Of a stretch of 64,000 nucleotides of DNA, positions 1-10,109 are shown one piece after another. This stretch comes from Candidatus Eiseniibacteriota bacterium. Its GTDB lineage: Bacteria > Eisenbacteria > RBG-16-71-46. The notes beneath the pieces were generated by a model. It was not told where the DNA came from, ran no database searches, and saw only the letters and a list, made by a program, of their open reading frames with translations. The DNA lies in contig CAVSAC010000014.1 in NCBI GenBank assembly GCA_963725865.1, forward strand, positions 800,001 to 864,000. The letters are read 5' to 3'. Each line of letters begins with the position of its first letter. The stretch's first letter is position 1. Made by a program: the position numbers and the translations under genes.

Positions 1-1050
1 GCCGAGCACGCCGGTGTCCCCGAACACCCGCAGGTCGACGCGCAGGCCCATGAGCACGAAGAACACCGGCACCAGGAACGTGGCGAGCGGCTGCATCAGC
101 TCGTGCACGCCGCGCTTCGCCGCGTCGCGCTGGCGCAGCTCGACGTAGTGCGCGTCCTCGAGGATCAGTCCGCCGGCGAACGCGCCCACGATCGGCGCCA
201 GCCCGACCCGCGCGGCCAGCCACGCGAACGCGAAGCAGAAGCCGAGCGCGAACGACAGCAGCACCCCTTCGCCGCGCAGCAGGCTGCCGAACCGGAACAC
301 CACCCGCGAGAGCCAGCGGCCCGCCACCAGCGCCACCAGCAGGAAGCCCACCGCCTTGGCGGTGATGACCAGCGCATCGAGCGGCTGGAACGTCCCGCCC
401 CGGTCGACCGCCTGGATGATCCCCGAGATCACCGCCAGCACGATCAGCCCCAGCACGTCGTCGATCACCGCCGCACCCAGGATGATCCGGCCCTCGAGGC
501 TGCTTGCTCGCCCGATGTCGGAAAGCACGCGGGCGGTGATGCCGACGCTGGTGGCGCACAGCGTCGCCCCCACGAACCAGTGGGTGAGCCCGGAGTGGGA
601 GGGGAAGAACACCCGCGACGTGCCCCAGCCCAGCAGCATCGGGGCGATCACCCCCAGTGTCGCGACCAGGAACGAGGACAGTCCGACCCGGCGCATGGTG
701 TCGACGTCCGAATCGAGCCCCACCTGGAACAGCAGGAACAGCACGCCGAGCTGGGCCAGCACGTCGAGCATCGGCAGCGAGCGCAGCCCGTCGAAAGCGT
801 GCACGCCCGCCAGGCCGAGGTTGCCGAGCACGATGCCGGCCAGCAGCTCGCCCAGCACGGACGGCAGCGCGGCGCGCTCGAACAGCGCGCCGCCGAGCCG
901 CGCGCCGACCAGGATGAGCACCAGCGCCAGCAGCAGCGGCGCGAGGTCGACGCCGTGCGGCTCGGACGCCGCCCACGCCACGCCATGGGCGAGCACGAGG
1001 GCACCGGCGACCGGCAGGAACAGCGCCCGGGACGGGCGGGAGAATCGCAT
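1..1050 (-). CDS. Cation:proton antiporter (CPA2/Kef-NhaS-like), 3' end runs off the window
   Basis: Not in the ORF track; translated by hand from ATG 1050 (alternative in-frame ATG 1071). Contains LPSVLGELLAGIVLG, GATLCATSVGITARVL, LGAAVIDDVLGL and FLVPVFFVLMG, which are CPA2 hallmarks. Confidence 0.88.
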   Translation of the reverse strand, partial: MRFSRPSRALFLPVAGALVLAHGVAWAASEPHGVDLAPLLLALVLILVGARLGGALFERAALPSVLGELLAGIVLGNLGLAGVHAFDGLRSLPMLDVLAQLGVLFLLFQVGLDSDVDTMRRVGLSSFLVATLGVIAPMLLGWGTSRVFFPSHSGLTHWFVGATLCATSVGITARVLSDIGRASSLEGRIILGAAVIDDVLGLIVLAVISGIIQAVDRGGTFQPLDALVITAKAVGFLLVALVAGRWLSRVVFRFGSLLRGEGVLLSFALGFCFAFAWLAARVGLAPIVGAFAGGLILEDAHYVELRQRDAAKRGVHELMQPLATFLVPVFFVLMGLRVDLRVFGDTGVLG

Positions 1051-1244
1051 GGCCCCGGCTTTGTATCGCATCCGGTCGCGGCGGTCGAGCGGGACCGCCG
1101 CGGGGCAGCCGCCGGGAGCCCGATCCACGGCCCGGCTCGCGAGCCGCGGGCACGCGCGCACGCGACCCATCCGCGATGAAACGCTGCGGCCCGCCGTGCC
1201 CTATGCTGTGCGCGATCCGCCGTCGCTCCGCTCCGAGGACCGTC

Positions 1245-3422
1245 ATGCCGCCCCCGCCCGCTCGTCGTGCCACCCGAACCCAACGCACGCCGCGCGCGAC
1301 GCCGTCCGCGGGCACCGCGGGCCGCGCGCGCTGGGTGGCGCTCGCGCTGCCGCTGGCGGTGTTCGTGGTGGCGTGGCTGTGGCGCGTGCTGTACCTCGCG
1401 CGCCTCGCGCGCACACCGCTCGCCGGCAGCCTCGTGATGGACGCGCGCAGCTACTGGGACTGGTCCGAGGTGCTGCTGCGCGACGGGCCGCTCGGCCACC
1501 ACGCGTTCTTCCTGGGGCCGCTCTATCCCTACGTGCTCGCGGCGCTGCGCGGGGTGCTGGGCGACTCGATCCCGGCGGTGCTCCAGGTGCAGGCGCTGTG
1601 GGGTGCCGTCGCGGTCGCACTGCTGACCGACGCCGCGCGGCGGCTGACGCGGCCGGGCGTGGCGCTGGTGCTCGGGCTGCTGCTGGCGTTCTACCAGGCC
1701 GCGGTGTTCTTCGACGGCCTGGTGCTCATGGAGTCGCTGGTGTTCGCGCTCGAGGCGCTGCTGGTGTGGCTGGTGGCGCGCGGCGACTGGGAGCGCGCCG
1801 GTCCACGGGAGTTCGCGCTGCTGGGGGCGCTGCTGGCGCTGCTCGCGCAGGGGCGCGCGACCGCCGCGCTGCTGGTGCCGGTGGCGCTGCTCACGCTGCT
1901 GCGCTGGCGCGGCGGCGCGGCGCGGGCGAGCGGTGTCCGCGCGGCGGCGCTGCTGGCGACCTTCGCGCTCCTGTGCGCGCCCACCGCGCTGCGCAACCGC
2001 GCGGTCTCGGGCGAGTGGATCCCGTTCACCTACAACCTCGGCTACAACCTCTACGTGGGCGCGAATCCCGACGCGAACGGCTCGTGGGGCTCGATCACCG
2101 GCACCCAGCAGTTCGGACCGGTGGTGAAGGAGCTGCAGGACGGCGGCGCCGAGGTGGACGGCCGCGCCTACCTGCGCGCGACCGAGGGCGTGGACCTCGG
2201 CCCCACCGCGAGCTCGCGCCGCTGGGCGGCCAAGGCCGCGGCCTACGCCCGCGCGCACCCGGCCCGCGTCGCGACGCTGATGCTGCGGCGCGTCGCGATG
2301 ATGTGGAACGTCGCCGAGTACCCGCAGATCGAGAACCTCGACGAGTTCGCGGCCCTCGCCGGTCCGCTCGGCCTGCCGTGGCTCGGCACCTTCGCGGTGC
2401 TGGGCCCGCTGGCGTTCGCGGGGCTGTGGCCCGCGTGGCGCGCCGGTGCGCGCGGGCGCTTCCTGGTGGCGGCGGCCATCGCGGTCACGCTGTCGGTGGT
2501 GCCGTTCTTCGTGACCGATCGCTATCGCCACCACCTGGTGCCGGTCGCGGCGGCGCTGGCGGCACTCGCGCTGGACGCCGCGTGGCGCGCGTGGCGCGCG
2601 CGCGACCGGGCCGCGCGCCTGCGGATGGCGGCGCTGCTCGCCGTGGGCATCGTGTGGGTCGCGCTGCCGCTGCCGCGCCTGAGCGGCGCCGGCTACGCCT
2701 GGGGGCTGGCCGCCGACCTCGGCGCGCGCTGGATGGAGCGCGGCGACCCCGACCGCGCCGCACGCGAGTTCGAGCGCGCGCTCGCGATGCCGTACACGCA
2801 ACCCGCGCCCGGGCGCGCGAGCGCCACGTTCCGGCTCCAGCGCTCGGCGCTCGATCACAACTACGCGCTCGCGCTGACCGCGCTCGGGCGCCGCGACGAG
2901 GCCCTGACGTGGTTCGAGCGCGCGGTGCAGGAGGCCCCCGACCACGCGGCCACCGTGCACTCGCTGGCGCAGGCGTACGCCGGCGCGGGCCGCGGGCGCG
3001 CGGCCGACTCGCTCGCCACCCGGCTGGAGACGCTGGCGAGCGGGCACGCGTTCGCCGAATCGGTGCGCGGATGGATCGCGGTGCGCGCCGGCGATCTCGC
3101 CGCGGCCGAGGCGCACTTCGCCGCCGCGGTGCGACTCGACGCCACGCTCTACGACGAGTGGGGCGCGCTGGTGCGCGTGCGCGTGCAGGGCGGTCGCGCC
3201 GACGCCGCGCGCGCGGCGCTCGCGGCCGGGCACGCCGCCGGCTGGAGCGGCCCGGGCTACGCGGTGCACCACGCGCTGATCGCCGCGCTCGCCGGCGACG
3301 CGGCGGGCGCCCGCGCCGCGCTCGACCAGGTGCCGGCGGCGGCACTCGCGGCCGACCCGGCGCTGGCGGATGTCGCGAAGGTCACGCGCGGGCTGCTGGC
3401 CCGCGCCGCGCCCTCGCGCTGA
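1245..3422 (+). CDS. GT-C (ArnT/PMT-like) membrane glycosyltransferase with C-terminal TPR-like repeats
   Basis: Multi-TM N-terminus (MDARSYWDW, PLYPYVLA, RNRAVSGEWIP, RYRHHLVP) followed by helical TPR-like repeats (NYALALTALGRRDEALTWFERA). Start uncertain (ORF opens at 1176). Confidence 0.7.
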   Translation: MPPPPARRATRTQRTPRATPSAGTAGRARWVALALPLAVFVVAWLWRVLYLARLARTPLAGSLVMDARSYWDWSEVLLRDGPLGHHAFFLGPLYPYVLAALRGVLGDSIPAVLQVQALWGAVAVALLTDAARRLTRPGVALVLGLLLAFYQAAVFFDGLVLMESLVFALEALLVWLVARGDWERAGPREFALLGALLALLAQGRATAALLVPVALLTLLRWRGGAARASGVRAAALLATFALLCAPTALRNRAVSGEWIPFTYNLGYNLYVGANPDANGSWGSITGTQQFGPVVKELQDGGAEVDGRAYLRATEGVDLGPTASSRRWAAKAAAYARAHPARVATLMLRRVAMMWNVAEYPQIENLDEFAALAGPLGLPWLGTFAVLGPLAFAGLWPAWRAGARGRFLVAAAIAVTLSVVPFFVTDRYRHHLVPVAAALAALALDAAWRAWRARDRAARLRMAALLAVGIVWVALPLPRLSGAGYAWGLAADLGARWMERGDPDRAAREFERALAMPYTQPAPGRASATFRLQRSALDHNYALALTALGRRDEALTWFERAVQEAPDHAATVHSLAQAYAGAGRGRAADSLATRLETLASGHAFAESVRGWIAVRAGDLAAAEAHFAAAVRLDATLYDEWGALVRVRVQGGRADAARAALAAGHAAGWSGPGYAVHHALIAALAGDAAGARAALDQVPAAALAADPALADVAKVTRGLLARAAPSR

Positions 3423-3514
3423 GGACACGGACGCGCTTGCACGCCGCGCGCCCGCCTCGCTAGGTTGGTGCCGTACCCGCGCGGGGCGCGCGGGCGGTCG
3501 ACCCGGAGATCCGG

Positions 3515-4603
3515 ATGGACGAGACGACGCTGCGCGGATGGAGCCTCGCCGCCGCGATCACGGTGGGGGCATGGCTGGTGGGCTGGCTGGCGCGCGCCAC
3601 GGCGCTGCCGCTGCTGGTCCGGCTGGTCAGCCGCTCGCGCACCCAGGTCGACGACGTGCTGCTCACCGCGCTGCGCCCGCACGTGCCGCTGTGGTTCCTG
3701 CTGCTCGGCGTGGTGGTGGGCGCGCGCTACGCGCCGCTGTCGGAGGTGGTGCGCCACCGCTTCGACCTCGGAGCCGAGGCGGTGTTCATCCTCAGCACCT
3801 CGCTGGCGCTGGCGTCGTTCCTGGGCCGGCTGCTCGACCGCAGCGCCGCGCGCTGGGAGGGCACGCCGGGAGGCACCAGCCTGATCCAGAACGTGGTGCG
3901 GGTCGGCGTGCTGGGGCTCGGCGTGCTGGTCATCCTCGGCAATCTGGGCGTGTCGGTGACGCCGCTGCTCACCGCGCTCGGGCTCGGCTCGCTCGCGATC
4001 GCGCTCGGACTGCAGCCGACACTGACGAATCTGTTCGCGGGCTTTCACATCACGGTGGGCCGCCACGTGCGGATCGGCGATTTCGTCGAGCTCGAGAACG
4101 GCATGCAGGGATTCGTCGAGGACATCGGCTGGCGCTCGACGCAGCTGCGCGAGCTCGCCAACAACCTGGTCGTGGTGCCGAACGCGCGGCTGGCCGAGAT
4201 GATCGTGCGCAACCACTCGCTGCCCTCGCCCGACCTCGGCGTGGTGGTGCCGGTGGGGGTCGGCTACGGCAGCGACCTCGAACGGGTCGAACGCGTGACG
4301 CTCGAGGTCGCGCGGGCCGTGCAGCGCGAGGATGCGGCGGGCCTCGCGGATTTCGCGCCGCTGATGCGCATCGCCGCGTTCGGCGAATCGGCGGTGCAGC
4401 TGAACGTCATCCTGCGCGCCCGCACGTTCGGCGACCGCTTCGCCCTGCAGAGCGCCTTCCTCGGCCGCCTGCACGCGCGCTACCGCGCCGAGGGCATCGA
4501 GCTCCCCTACCCGCAGCGCGTCGTGCACCTCGGGCCGGAGGCTGATCCACTTCGAGGATCAGCGAGCGCTCGGGCGGGAAGGGATTCACCCTCCGGGGGC
4601 TAA
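3515..4603 (+). CDS. mscS: Small-conductance mechanosensitive channel (MscS family)
   Basis: LGLGSLAIALGLQPTLTNLFAG, RIGDFVEL, GFVEDIGWRST, VVPNARL, GIELPYPQR. Confidence 0.92.
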   Translation: MDETTLRGWSLAAAITVGAWLVGWLARATALPLLVRLVSRSRTQVDDVLLTALRPHVPLWFLLLGVVVGARYAPLSEVVRHRFDLGAEAVFILSTSLALASFLGRLLDRSAARWEGTPGGTSLIQNVVRVGVLGLGVLVILGNLGVSVTPLLTALGLGSLAIALGLQPTLTNLFAGFHITVGRHVRIGDFVELENGMQGFVEDIGWRSTQLRELANNLVVVPNARLAEMIVRNHSLPSPDLGVVVPVGVGYGSDLERVERVTLEVARAVQREDAAGLADFAPLMRIAAFGESAVQLNVILRARTFGDRFALQSAFLGRLHARYRAEGIELPYPQRVVHLGPEADPLRGSASARAGRDSPSGG

Positions 4604-4650
4604 TCCACTTCGTCGGGCGCCCCCTGCGGGTGAATCCCTTCCCGTCCGAG
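4541..4650. repeat. Compound palindromic element (8-bp hairpin plus 23-bp inverted repeat) at the convergent mscS/cupredoxin junction
   Basis: Arms 4569-4591 CTCGGGCGGGAAGGGATTCACCC and 4628-4650 GGGTGAATCCCTTCCCGTCCGAG (1 mismatch). Second hairpin GCTGATCC/GGATCAGC at 4541-4563. Confidence 0.75.
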
Positions 4651-4695
4651 TTCCCGGGGATGTCCGACGAGATGCCCTCGTCAGCGGCGGTCGGA

Positions 4696-5043
4696 CTACT
4701 TCACGATCACCCGCCCCTTGACCATGTCCATCCCGCACGCGTACTCGAGCGTCTCCGCGTGCTCCGGCGTGAACTGCACCTCCACCGCCTCGCCGAGTGG
4801 CAGCGCGCGGTTGATGTGCATCGCCGGCATCACCATCTCGGTCGCGCAGGTCTTGTCCGTGGTGCGCGTGACCACCAGCGTCACCGGCCGGCCCGCCGCC
4901 ACCGTCACCTCGGCCGGCACGAATCCGTCCTCGGTCACCTGGATCGCCACCTTGCCGTCGCCCGCGGAGCCCTTCGCGCCGCAGCCCGCCGTCATCGCAA
5001 ACACGACCGCCACCATCGCCATCGGGATCACGAACCGTTTCAT
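4696..5043 (-). CDS. Cupredoxin-domain lipoprotein (CupA-like copper chaperone)
   Basis: Lipoprotein-like signal (..MTAGC), GFVPAEVTV, TCATE and C-terminal YACGMDMVKG copper motif. Confidence 0.82.
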   Translation of the reverse strand: MKRFVIPMAMVAVVFAMTAGCGAKGSAGDGKVAIQVTEDGFVPAEVTVAAGRPVTLVVTRTTDKTCATEMVMPAMHINRALPLGEAVEVQFTPEHAETLEYACGMDMVKGRVIVK

Positions 5044-5172
5044 CCTCGTGGACTCCTTCCTCGAATACGCGTCGCCCCTGCGCACTTCATCGAACCACGA
5101 CGAGCGTGCCGGGAACCTCTTCCTCGTTGCACTCGGCGTGCGCCCGGATGCGCCGCCGCGTCCGCGTGACCT

Positions 5173-8100
5173 TCATGCCACCTCTCGCAACTGGCGTTGC
5201 TCCCTGCGCAGCTGCGCATAGCGCCAGTAGGTGTAGACGACCGGAATGATCTCGAGCGTCAGGAACGCCGAGCTGAACAGGCCGCCCACCATGGGCGCGG
5301 CGACGCGCTTCATGACGTCGGCGCCGGCGCCCTGCGACCACAGCAGCGGCACCAGGCCGATCATCATGGTCGCCACGGTCATCAGCTTGGGACGCACGCG
5401 CTGCACCGAGCCCTCCAGCGTGGCCTCGACGATGTCGTCGAGGCTGCGGATGCGGCCTTCGGCCTTGTGCCTGTGATACGCGCTGTCGCAGTACACGACC
5501 ATCACGACGCCGGTCTGTGCGGCGAGCCCGACCAGCGCGATGATCCCCACCCAGACGGCGGTCGACAGGTTGTAGTGCAGGATGGCCAGGAGCCAGATGC
5601 TGCCCACGAGCGCGAACGGCACCGAAGCGAGGACGATGAGCGCTTCCGTCAGGTTGCCGAAGTTCATGTAGAGGAGCAGCAGCACGATGACGAGCGTCAG
5701 CGGCACCAGGAAGCGCATCCGCGCCTGCATCTGCTCCAGCAGCTCGTACTGCCCGGTCCACTTGAGGAAGTAGCCGGGCGGGAGCCTGACTTCCCGCTCC
5801 ACGATCTGCTTCGCCTCGTCCACGTACGAACCGATGTCCTTCTTCGCCGCGTCCATGTCCACGTAGACGTAGCCCGTGAGCATGCCGGCCTCGTCGCGGA
5901 TCATCGGCGGCCCGGTGACGACGCGGATCTCGGCGACCTGCCCGAGCGGCACGTGGGGCCCGCTCGGCTCCGGCCACAGGCCGACTCCCGAGGAGCCCGA
6001 CGGCCCGGGCGGCAGCACGTTCCCCTGCGCACTGCCGCTCATCCCCGCGGGGGCACCCATCGCGCCGCCGGGGCTCGGGCCGCCCATGCCCGCGCCGGGG
6101 CTGCGCTCGCTTCCCGAACCACCCATCGCCTCGGCGAGGTACGCCTCGCCGGCGTCGGAGATGCCCGCGGACGCCAGCAGCACGGGCGCGGCCTGCGGAA
6201 CCGGACTCAGCTCGATGCCCATGCCCGGGGCCTGCGACGCCCCGCTCGCGCCGTGCAGCGGCACCAGCACGTGCTTCAGGTGCTCGATGTCCTGTCGCAG
6301 GTCGCGGGGATAGCGGACATTGATGCTGAAGCGGTTCCGCCCCTCGACCGTCACCTCGATGGGCTGCCCGCCGACCGCGGCTTCGATGACGTCCTGCACC
6401 TCGCCCAGCGTGAGGCCGTACCGTGCGAGCGCCGCGCGGTTCGGGACGATGTCGATGTAGAACCCGCCGGTGCTGCGGTCGGAGTAAACGCTGCGCGTGT
6501 TGGGAACCAGCGAGATCGTGCGCTCGAGGTCCATGCCGACGCGCTCGATGGTGTCGAGGCTGGCGCCGAAGATCTTGACGCCGATCGGCGTGCGGATGCC
6601 GGTCGAGAGCATGTCGATGCGCGTCTTGATCGGCATGGTCCACGCGTTCGTCCAGCCCGGCATCTGCACCGTGCGGTTGAGCTCGTCGGTGAGCTCCTGC
6701 CACGTGATGCGATGGCGATCCGGCCAGAACGGCTGGAACACCGGCCGGAGCCAGCCGGCGGCCCAGCTCGAGTACCAGCGCTTCTGCTCGAGCATGCGCC
6801 ACTGCTCGCGCGGCCGCAGCTTCACGACGGTCTCGACCATGGACAGGGGCGCGGGATCGGTCGGGGTCTCGGAGCGCCCCGCCTTGCCGAACACCGTCTC
6901 CACCTCCGGGACGGTTCGGATCAGGCGGTCCTGGACCTGCACGTAGCGCTTGGCCTCCTCGATCGAGATGTTGGGGAACGTGGTCGGCATGTACAGCATG
7001 TCGCCCTCGTTCAAGGGCGGCATGAACTCGTTGCCCAGGCGCATCGCCATCGGAACGGTCGCGAGCACCGCCGCGAGCCCGATCGCGATCGTGGTCTTCG
7101 GATTCTTGAGTGCCACCCACGCGAACGGCCGGTACACCGAGATCATCAGCCGCGAGACGGGGTGGTCCTTCTCGTGCCTGATCTTGCCGCGGATGAGCAG
7201 CGCCATCAGCGCGGGCGCCACCGTGATCGAGACCAGCGCCGCGAATGCCATCGAAAACGTCTTGGTGAATGCGAGGGGCTTGAACAGGCGACCCGCCTGG
7301 CCGTTCAACGCGAAGATCGGCAGGAACGCCACGGTGATGATCAGCAGCGAGAAGAAGATGGGTGGCCCCACCTCCTTGGCGGCCGCGATCAGCACCCGCT
7401 GCCGGTCCGCGCGGGCACCCGGCTCAGCCGGGTCCGGCGCGGTCTCCAGGTGCTTGTGCGCGTTCTCCACCAGCACGATCGCGGCGTCCACCATGGCGCC
7501 GATCGCGATCGCGATGCCGCCCAGGCTCATGATGTTGGCGTTGATACGCAGGAAGTACATCGGCACGAACGCGAGCCCGACGGCCACCGGGAGCGAGAGC
7601 ACTGGGACGAGCGTGCTGCGGAAGTGCAACAGGAAGATGAAGATGATCAGCGCCACCACGATCCCTTCCTCGAACAGGGTGTGGCGGAGCGTGTCGATCG
7701 CGTGCTCGATGAGGCCCGAGCGGTCGTAGACCACCTGCACCGTGACGCCGGGCGGGAACGAGGGCTTCAGCTCCGCGAGCTTCTGTTTCACGCGCTCGAT
7801 CACGTGGAGCGCGTTCTCGCCGTAGCGCATCACGACCGTGCCGCCGACCGCCTCGCCCTGCCCGTCCAGCTCCGAGACGCCCCGGCGGATGTCGGGGCCG
7901 AACGTGACCGTCCCCACGTCCCCGACGCGGATCGGAGTGCCGGTCCGCTTGTCGGCGCCCAGCGCCACCAGCCGCAGGTCATCGAGGTCCTTCACGTAGC
8001 CGCGGCCGCGCACGAAGTACTCGCGGCCCGACATCTCGATCACGCGGCCACCCACGTCGGAATTGCTCCGCCGGATCGCGCCGGTGACATCCGAGAGCGA

Positions 8101-8703
8101 CAGCCCGTACGCGTGCAGCTTCTCGGGGTCGACCTCGACCTGGTACTGCTTCTGGTAGCCGCCCACCGAGGCCACCTCGGCCACCCCGGGCACGCTCGCC
8201 AGCGCGTAGCGCAGGTTGAAGTCCTGGAACGTGCGCAGCTCGGAGAGGTCGTGGCGGCCCGACTTGTCCACGAGCGCGTACTGGAACACCCAGCCCACCG
8301 ACGTCGCATCGGGCCCCAGGACCGGATTCACGCCCTGCGGCAGGCGCGAACGGATGCTGCTCATGTATTCGAGCACGCGGCTCCGCGCCCAGTAGAGATC
8401 CGTGCCCTCCTTGAAGATCACGTAGATGAAGCTCATCCCGAACATGGACTGCCCGCGGACCGCCTCGACCTGCGGCGCGCCCAGCAGGGACGACACGATC
8501 GGGTAGGTGACCTGGTCCTCGACCAGGTCCGGGCTGCGCCCCATCCACTCGGTGAACACGATCACCTGCGGATCGGAGAGGTCCGGGATCGCGTCCAGCG
8601 GGATGCTCTTGACCGCGATGAAGGAGCCGACCACGACGAAGAGCGTGAAGATGAACACCAGCGCCCGATGGGTCGCGCAGTACTCGATGACGCGCCCGAT
8701 CAC
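5173..8703 (-). CDS. cusA: CusA/CzcA heavy-metal RND efflux transporter (Cu/Ag type)
   Basis: LDAIPDLSDPQVIVFTEW, GPDATSVGWV, AIGAMVDAAIVLVEN, RVRPKLMT. GTG start overlaps the cusB stop (GTGA). Confidence 0.93.
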   Translation of the reverse strand: MIGRVIEYCATHRALVFIFTLFVVVGSFIAVKSIPLDAIPDLSDPQVIVFTEWMGRSPDLVEDQVTYPIVSSLLGAPQVEAVRGQSMFGMSFIYVIFKEGTDLYWARSRVLEYMSSIRSRLPQGVNPVLGPDATSVGWVFQYALVDKSGRHDLSELRTFQDFNLRYALASVPGVAEVASVGGYQKQYQVEVDPEKLHAYGLSLSDVTGAIRRSNSDVGGRVIEMSGREYFVRGRGYVKDLDDLRLVALGADKRTGTPIRVGDVGTVTFGPDIRRGVSELDGQGEAVGGTVVMRYGENALHVIERVKQKLAELKPSFPPGVTVQVVYDRSGLIEHAIDTLRHTLFEEGIVVALIIFIFLLHFRSTLVPVLSLPVAVGLAFVPMYFLRINANIMSLGGIAIAIGAMVDAAIVLVENAHKHLETAPDPAEPGARADRQRVLIAAAKEVGPPIFFSLLIITVAFLPIFALNGQAGRLFKPLAFTKTFSMAFAALVSITVAPALMALLIRGKIRHEKDHPVSRLMISVYRPFAWVALKNPKTTIAIGLAAVLATVPMAMRLGNEFMPPLNEGDMLYMPTTFPNISIEEAKRYVQVQDRLIRTVPEVETVFGKAGRSETPTDPAPLSMVETVVKLRPREQWRMLEQKRWYSSWAAGWLRPVFQPFWPDRHRITWQELTDELNRTVQMPGWTNAWTMPIKTRIDMLSTGIRTPIGVKIFGASLDTIERVGMDLERTISLVPNTRSVYSDRSTGGFYIDIVPNRAALARYGLTLGEVQDVIEAAVGGQPIEVTVEGRNRFSINVRYPRDLRQDIEHLKHVLVPLHGASGASQAPGMGIELSPVPQAAPVLLASAGISDAGEAYLAEAMGGSGSERSPGAGMGGPSPGGAMGAPAGMSGSAQGNVLPPGPSGSSGVGLWPEPSGPHVPLGQVAEIRVVTGPPMIRDEAGMLTGYVYVDMDAAKKDIGSYVDEAKQIVEREVRLPPGYFLKWTGQYELLEQMQARMRFLVPLTLVIVLLLLYMNFGNLTEALIVLASVPFALVGSIWLLAILHYNLSTAVWVGIIALVGLAAQTGVVMVVYCDSAYHRHKAEGRIRSLDDIVEATLEGSVQRVRPKLMTVATMMIGLVPLLWSQGAGADVMKRVAAPMVGGLFSSAFLTLEIIPVVYTYWRYAQLRREQRQLREVA

Positions 8704-10109
8704 TTCGCGCCTCCGGACGCGGGCTCCATGCCCGGCATGCCGGCCATCCCCGGCTGGGCGCCCATGCCGGAGATCGCCGCCTTGAGGCGGCTCTCGGAAT
8801 CGATCAGGAACGACGCGCTCGACACGACCGTGTCCCCCTCCGCCACGCCCTTGAGCACCTGGATGCGGTCCCCCTGCGGCATGCCGGTCCACACCATGCG
8901 TGGCTCGAAGCGCCCGCCCGCGTGGGCGAGGAACACGTAGGACTGCTGGCCGGCGTTGACCACCGCCTCCGCCGGCACCGAGAGCACGCGGGCGCCCCGC
9001 GCCGCCACGCTCACCCGCCCGTACATGCCCGGACGGAGCGCCCCCTCGCGGTTCGCGAGCGTCAGGCGGACCTTCAGCGTGCGCGTCTCGTTCGAGACCG
9101 TCGGGTACACGAAGTCGATGCGGCCATCGAACGCGCGGCCGGGCATCGCGTCGGTCGTGAAGCGCGCGACGTCACCGACGTGGACGCGCGTCATGTCCAT
9201 CTCGTACAGGTCCGCCATCACCCAGACGCGAGAGAGGTCCGCGACCGTGAGCAGGGGCGTGTCCGCGCCCACGTACTGGCCCTCGACGGCCCCGCGCTCG
9301 AGCACGGTTCCGCTCACCGGCGAGCGCAGCACCAGCTGGGTCGACGCATGCTGTTCCCGCACCAGGCGGCGGATCTCCTCGTCCGGGACACCGAGCAACC
9401 GGAGCCGTTCGCCGGCCGCCGGGTCCGCCCCGCCGTGCGACGAGTCCGCGCCGTGATCCATCCCGCCCCGGTTGATCAGGTACTCCTGCTCGCTCTGGAA
9501 CAGCTCCGGGCTGTAGATCGACATCAGGGGCTGGCCCTCGTTCACCCGCGCTCCGGTCTCGTTCACGTGGAGCTGGCGGATCCATCCCGAGACGCGGATC
9601 TGGACGCGCCGCAGCCGCGACTCGTCCGGGACGACGAAGCCGACCAGGTCGAGCTGACCGCTCGACGCCGAGCGCTCGACGCGCGCGGTGCGCACGCCGA
9701 TCAGTTGCACGCGCTCGGGCGTGATCTGCACCGAGGTCAGGCCGGCGACATCACCCGTCTGGCCCTGCGACGGCGGCCCGGCGTGCTCGTCGCCCAGCAC
9801 GACGCGCTCGAGCGTCATGCCGCAGATTGGGCACGAGCCGGGCTGGTTGGACGTGTAGCTGGGATGCATCGGGCAGCGCCAGATCACCTTGCCGGCCGTC
9901 TGCCGCGCGGCCGGTGCGGGCCGCTTGGACATCACGTAGCTGCCGATGCTGACGACCGCCAGCACGAGCAGGAAGGCGAACAGCGCCCAGCGCAGGATGT
10001 TCATGAAGTGCGCTCCGGGTGGCGGCTGACCCATGGGCGCGGGCGCGGCCGACGACGCCGGGCTCGGTGACTCACCGTCGCGCGGCGTGGTGGGGTCGTT
10101 CGGGTTCAT
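8700..10109 (-). CDS. cusB: CusB-like RND periplasmic adaptor with heavy-metal-binding domain
   Basis: CPMHP..CPICGMTL domain, IYSPELFQSEQEY, LRPGMY, FLIDSESRL and a Met-rich tail. Confidence 0.9.
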   Translation of the reverse strand: MNPNDPTTPRDGESPSPASSAAPAPMGQPPPGAHFMNILRWALFAFLLVLAVVSIGSYVMSKRPAPAARQTAGKVIWRCPMHPSYTSNQPGSCPICGMTLERVVLGDEHAGPPSQGQTGDVAGLTSVQITPERVQLIGVRTARVERSASSGQLDLVGFVVPDESRLRRVQIRVSGWIRQLHVNETGARVNEGQPLMSIYSPELFQSEQEYLINRGGMDHGADSSHGGADPAAGERLRLLGVPDEEIRRLVREQHASTQLVLRSPVSGTVLERGAVEGQYVGADTPLLTVADLSRVWVMADLYEMDMTRVHVGDVARFTTDAMPGRAFDGRIDFVYPTVSNETRTLKVRLTLANREGALRPGMYGRVSVAARGARVLSVPAEAVVNAGQQSYVFLAHAGGRFEPRMVWTGMPQGDRIQVLKGVAEGDTVVSSASFLIDSESRLKAAISGMGAQPGMAGMPGMEPASGGAK

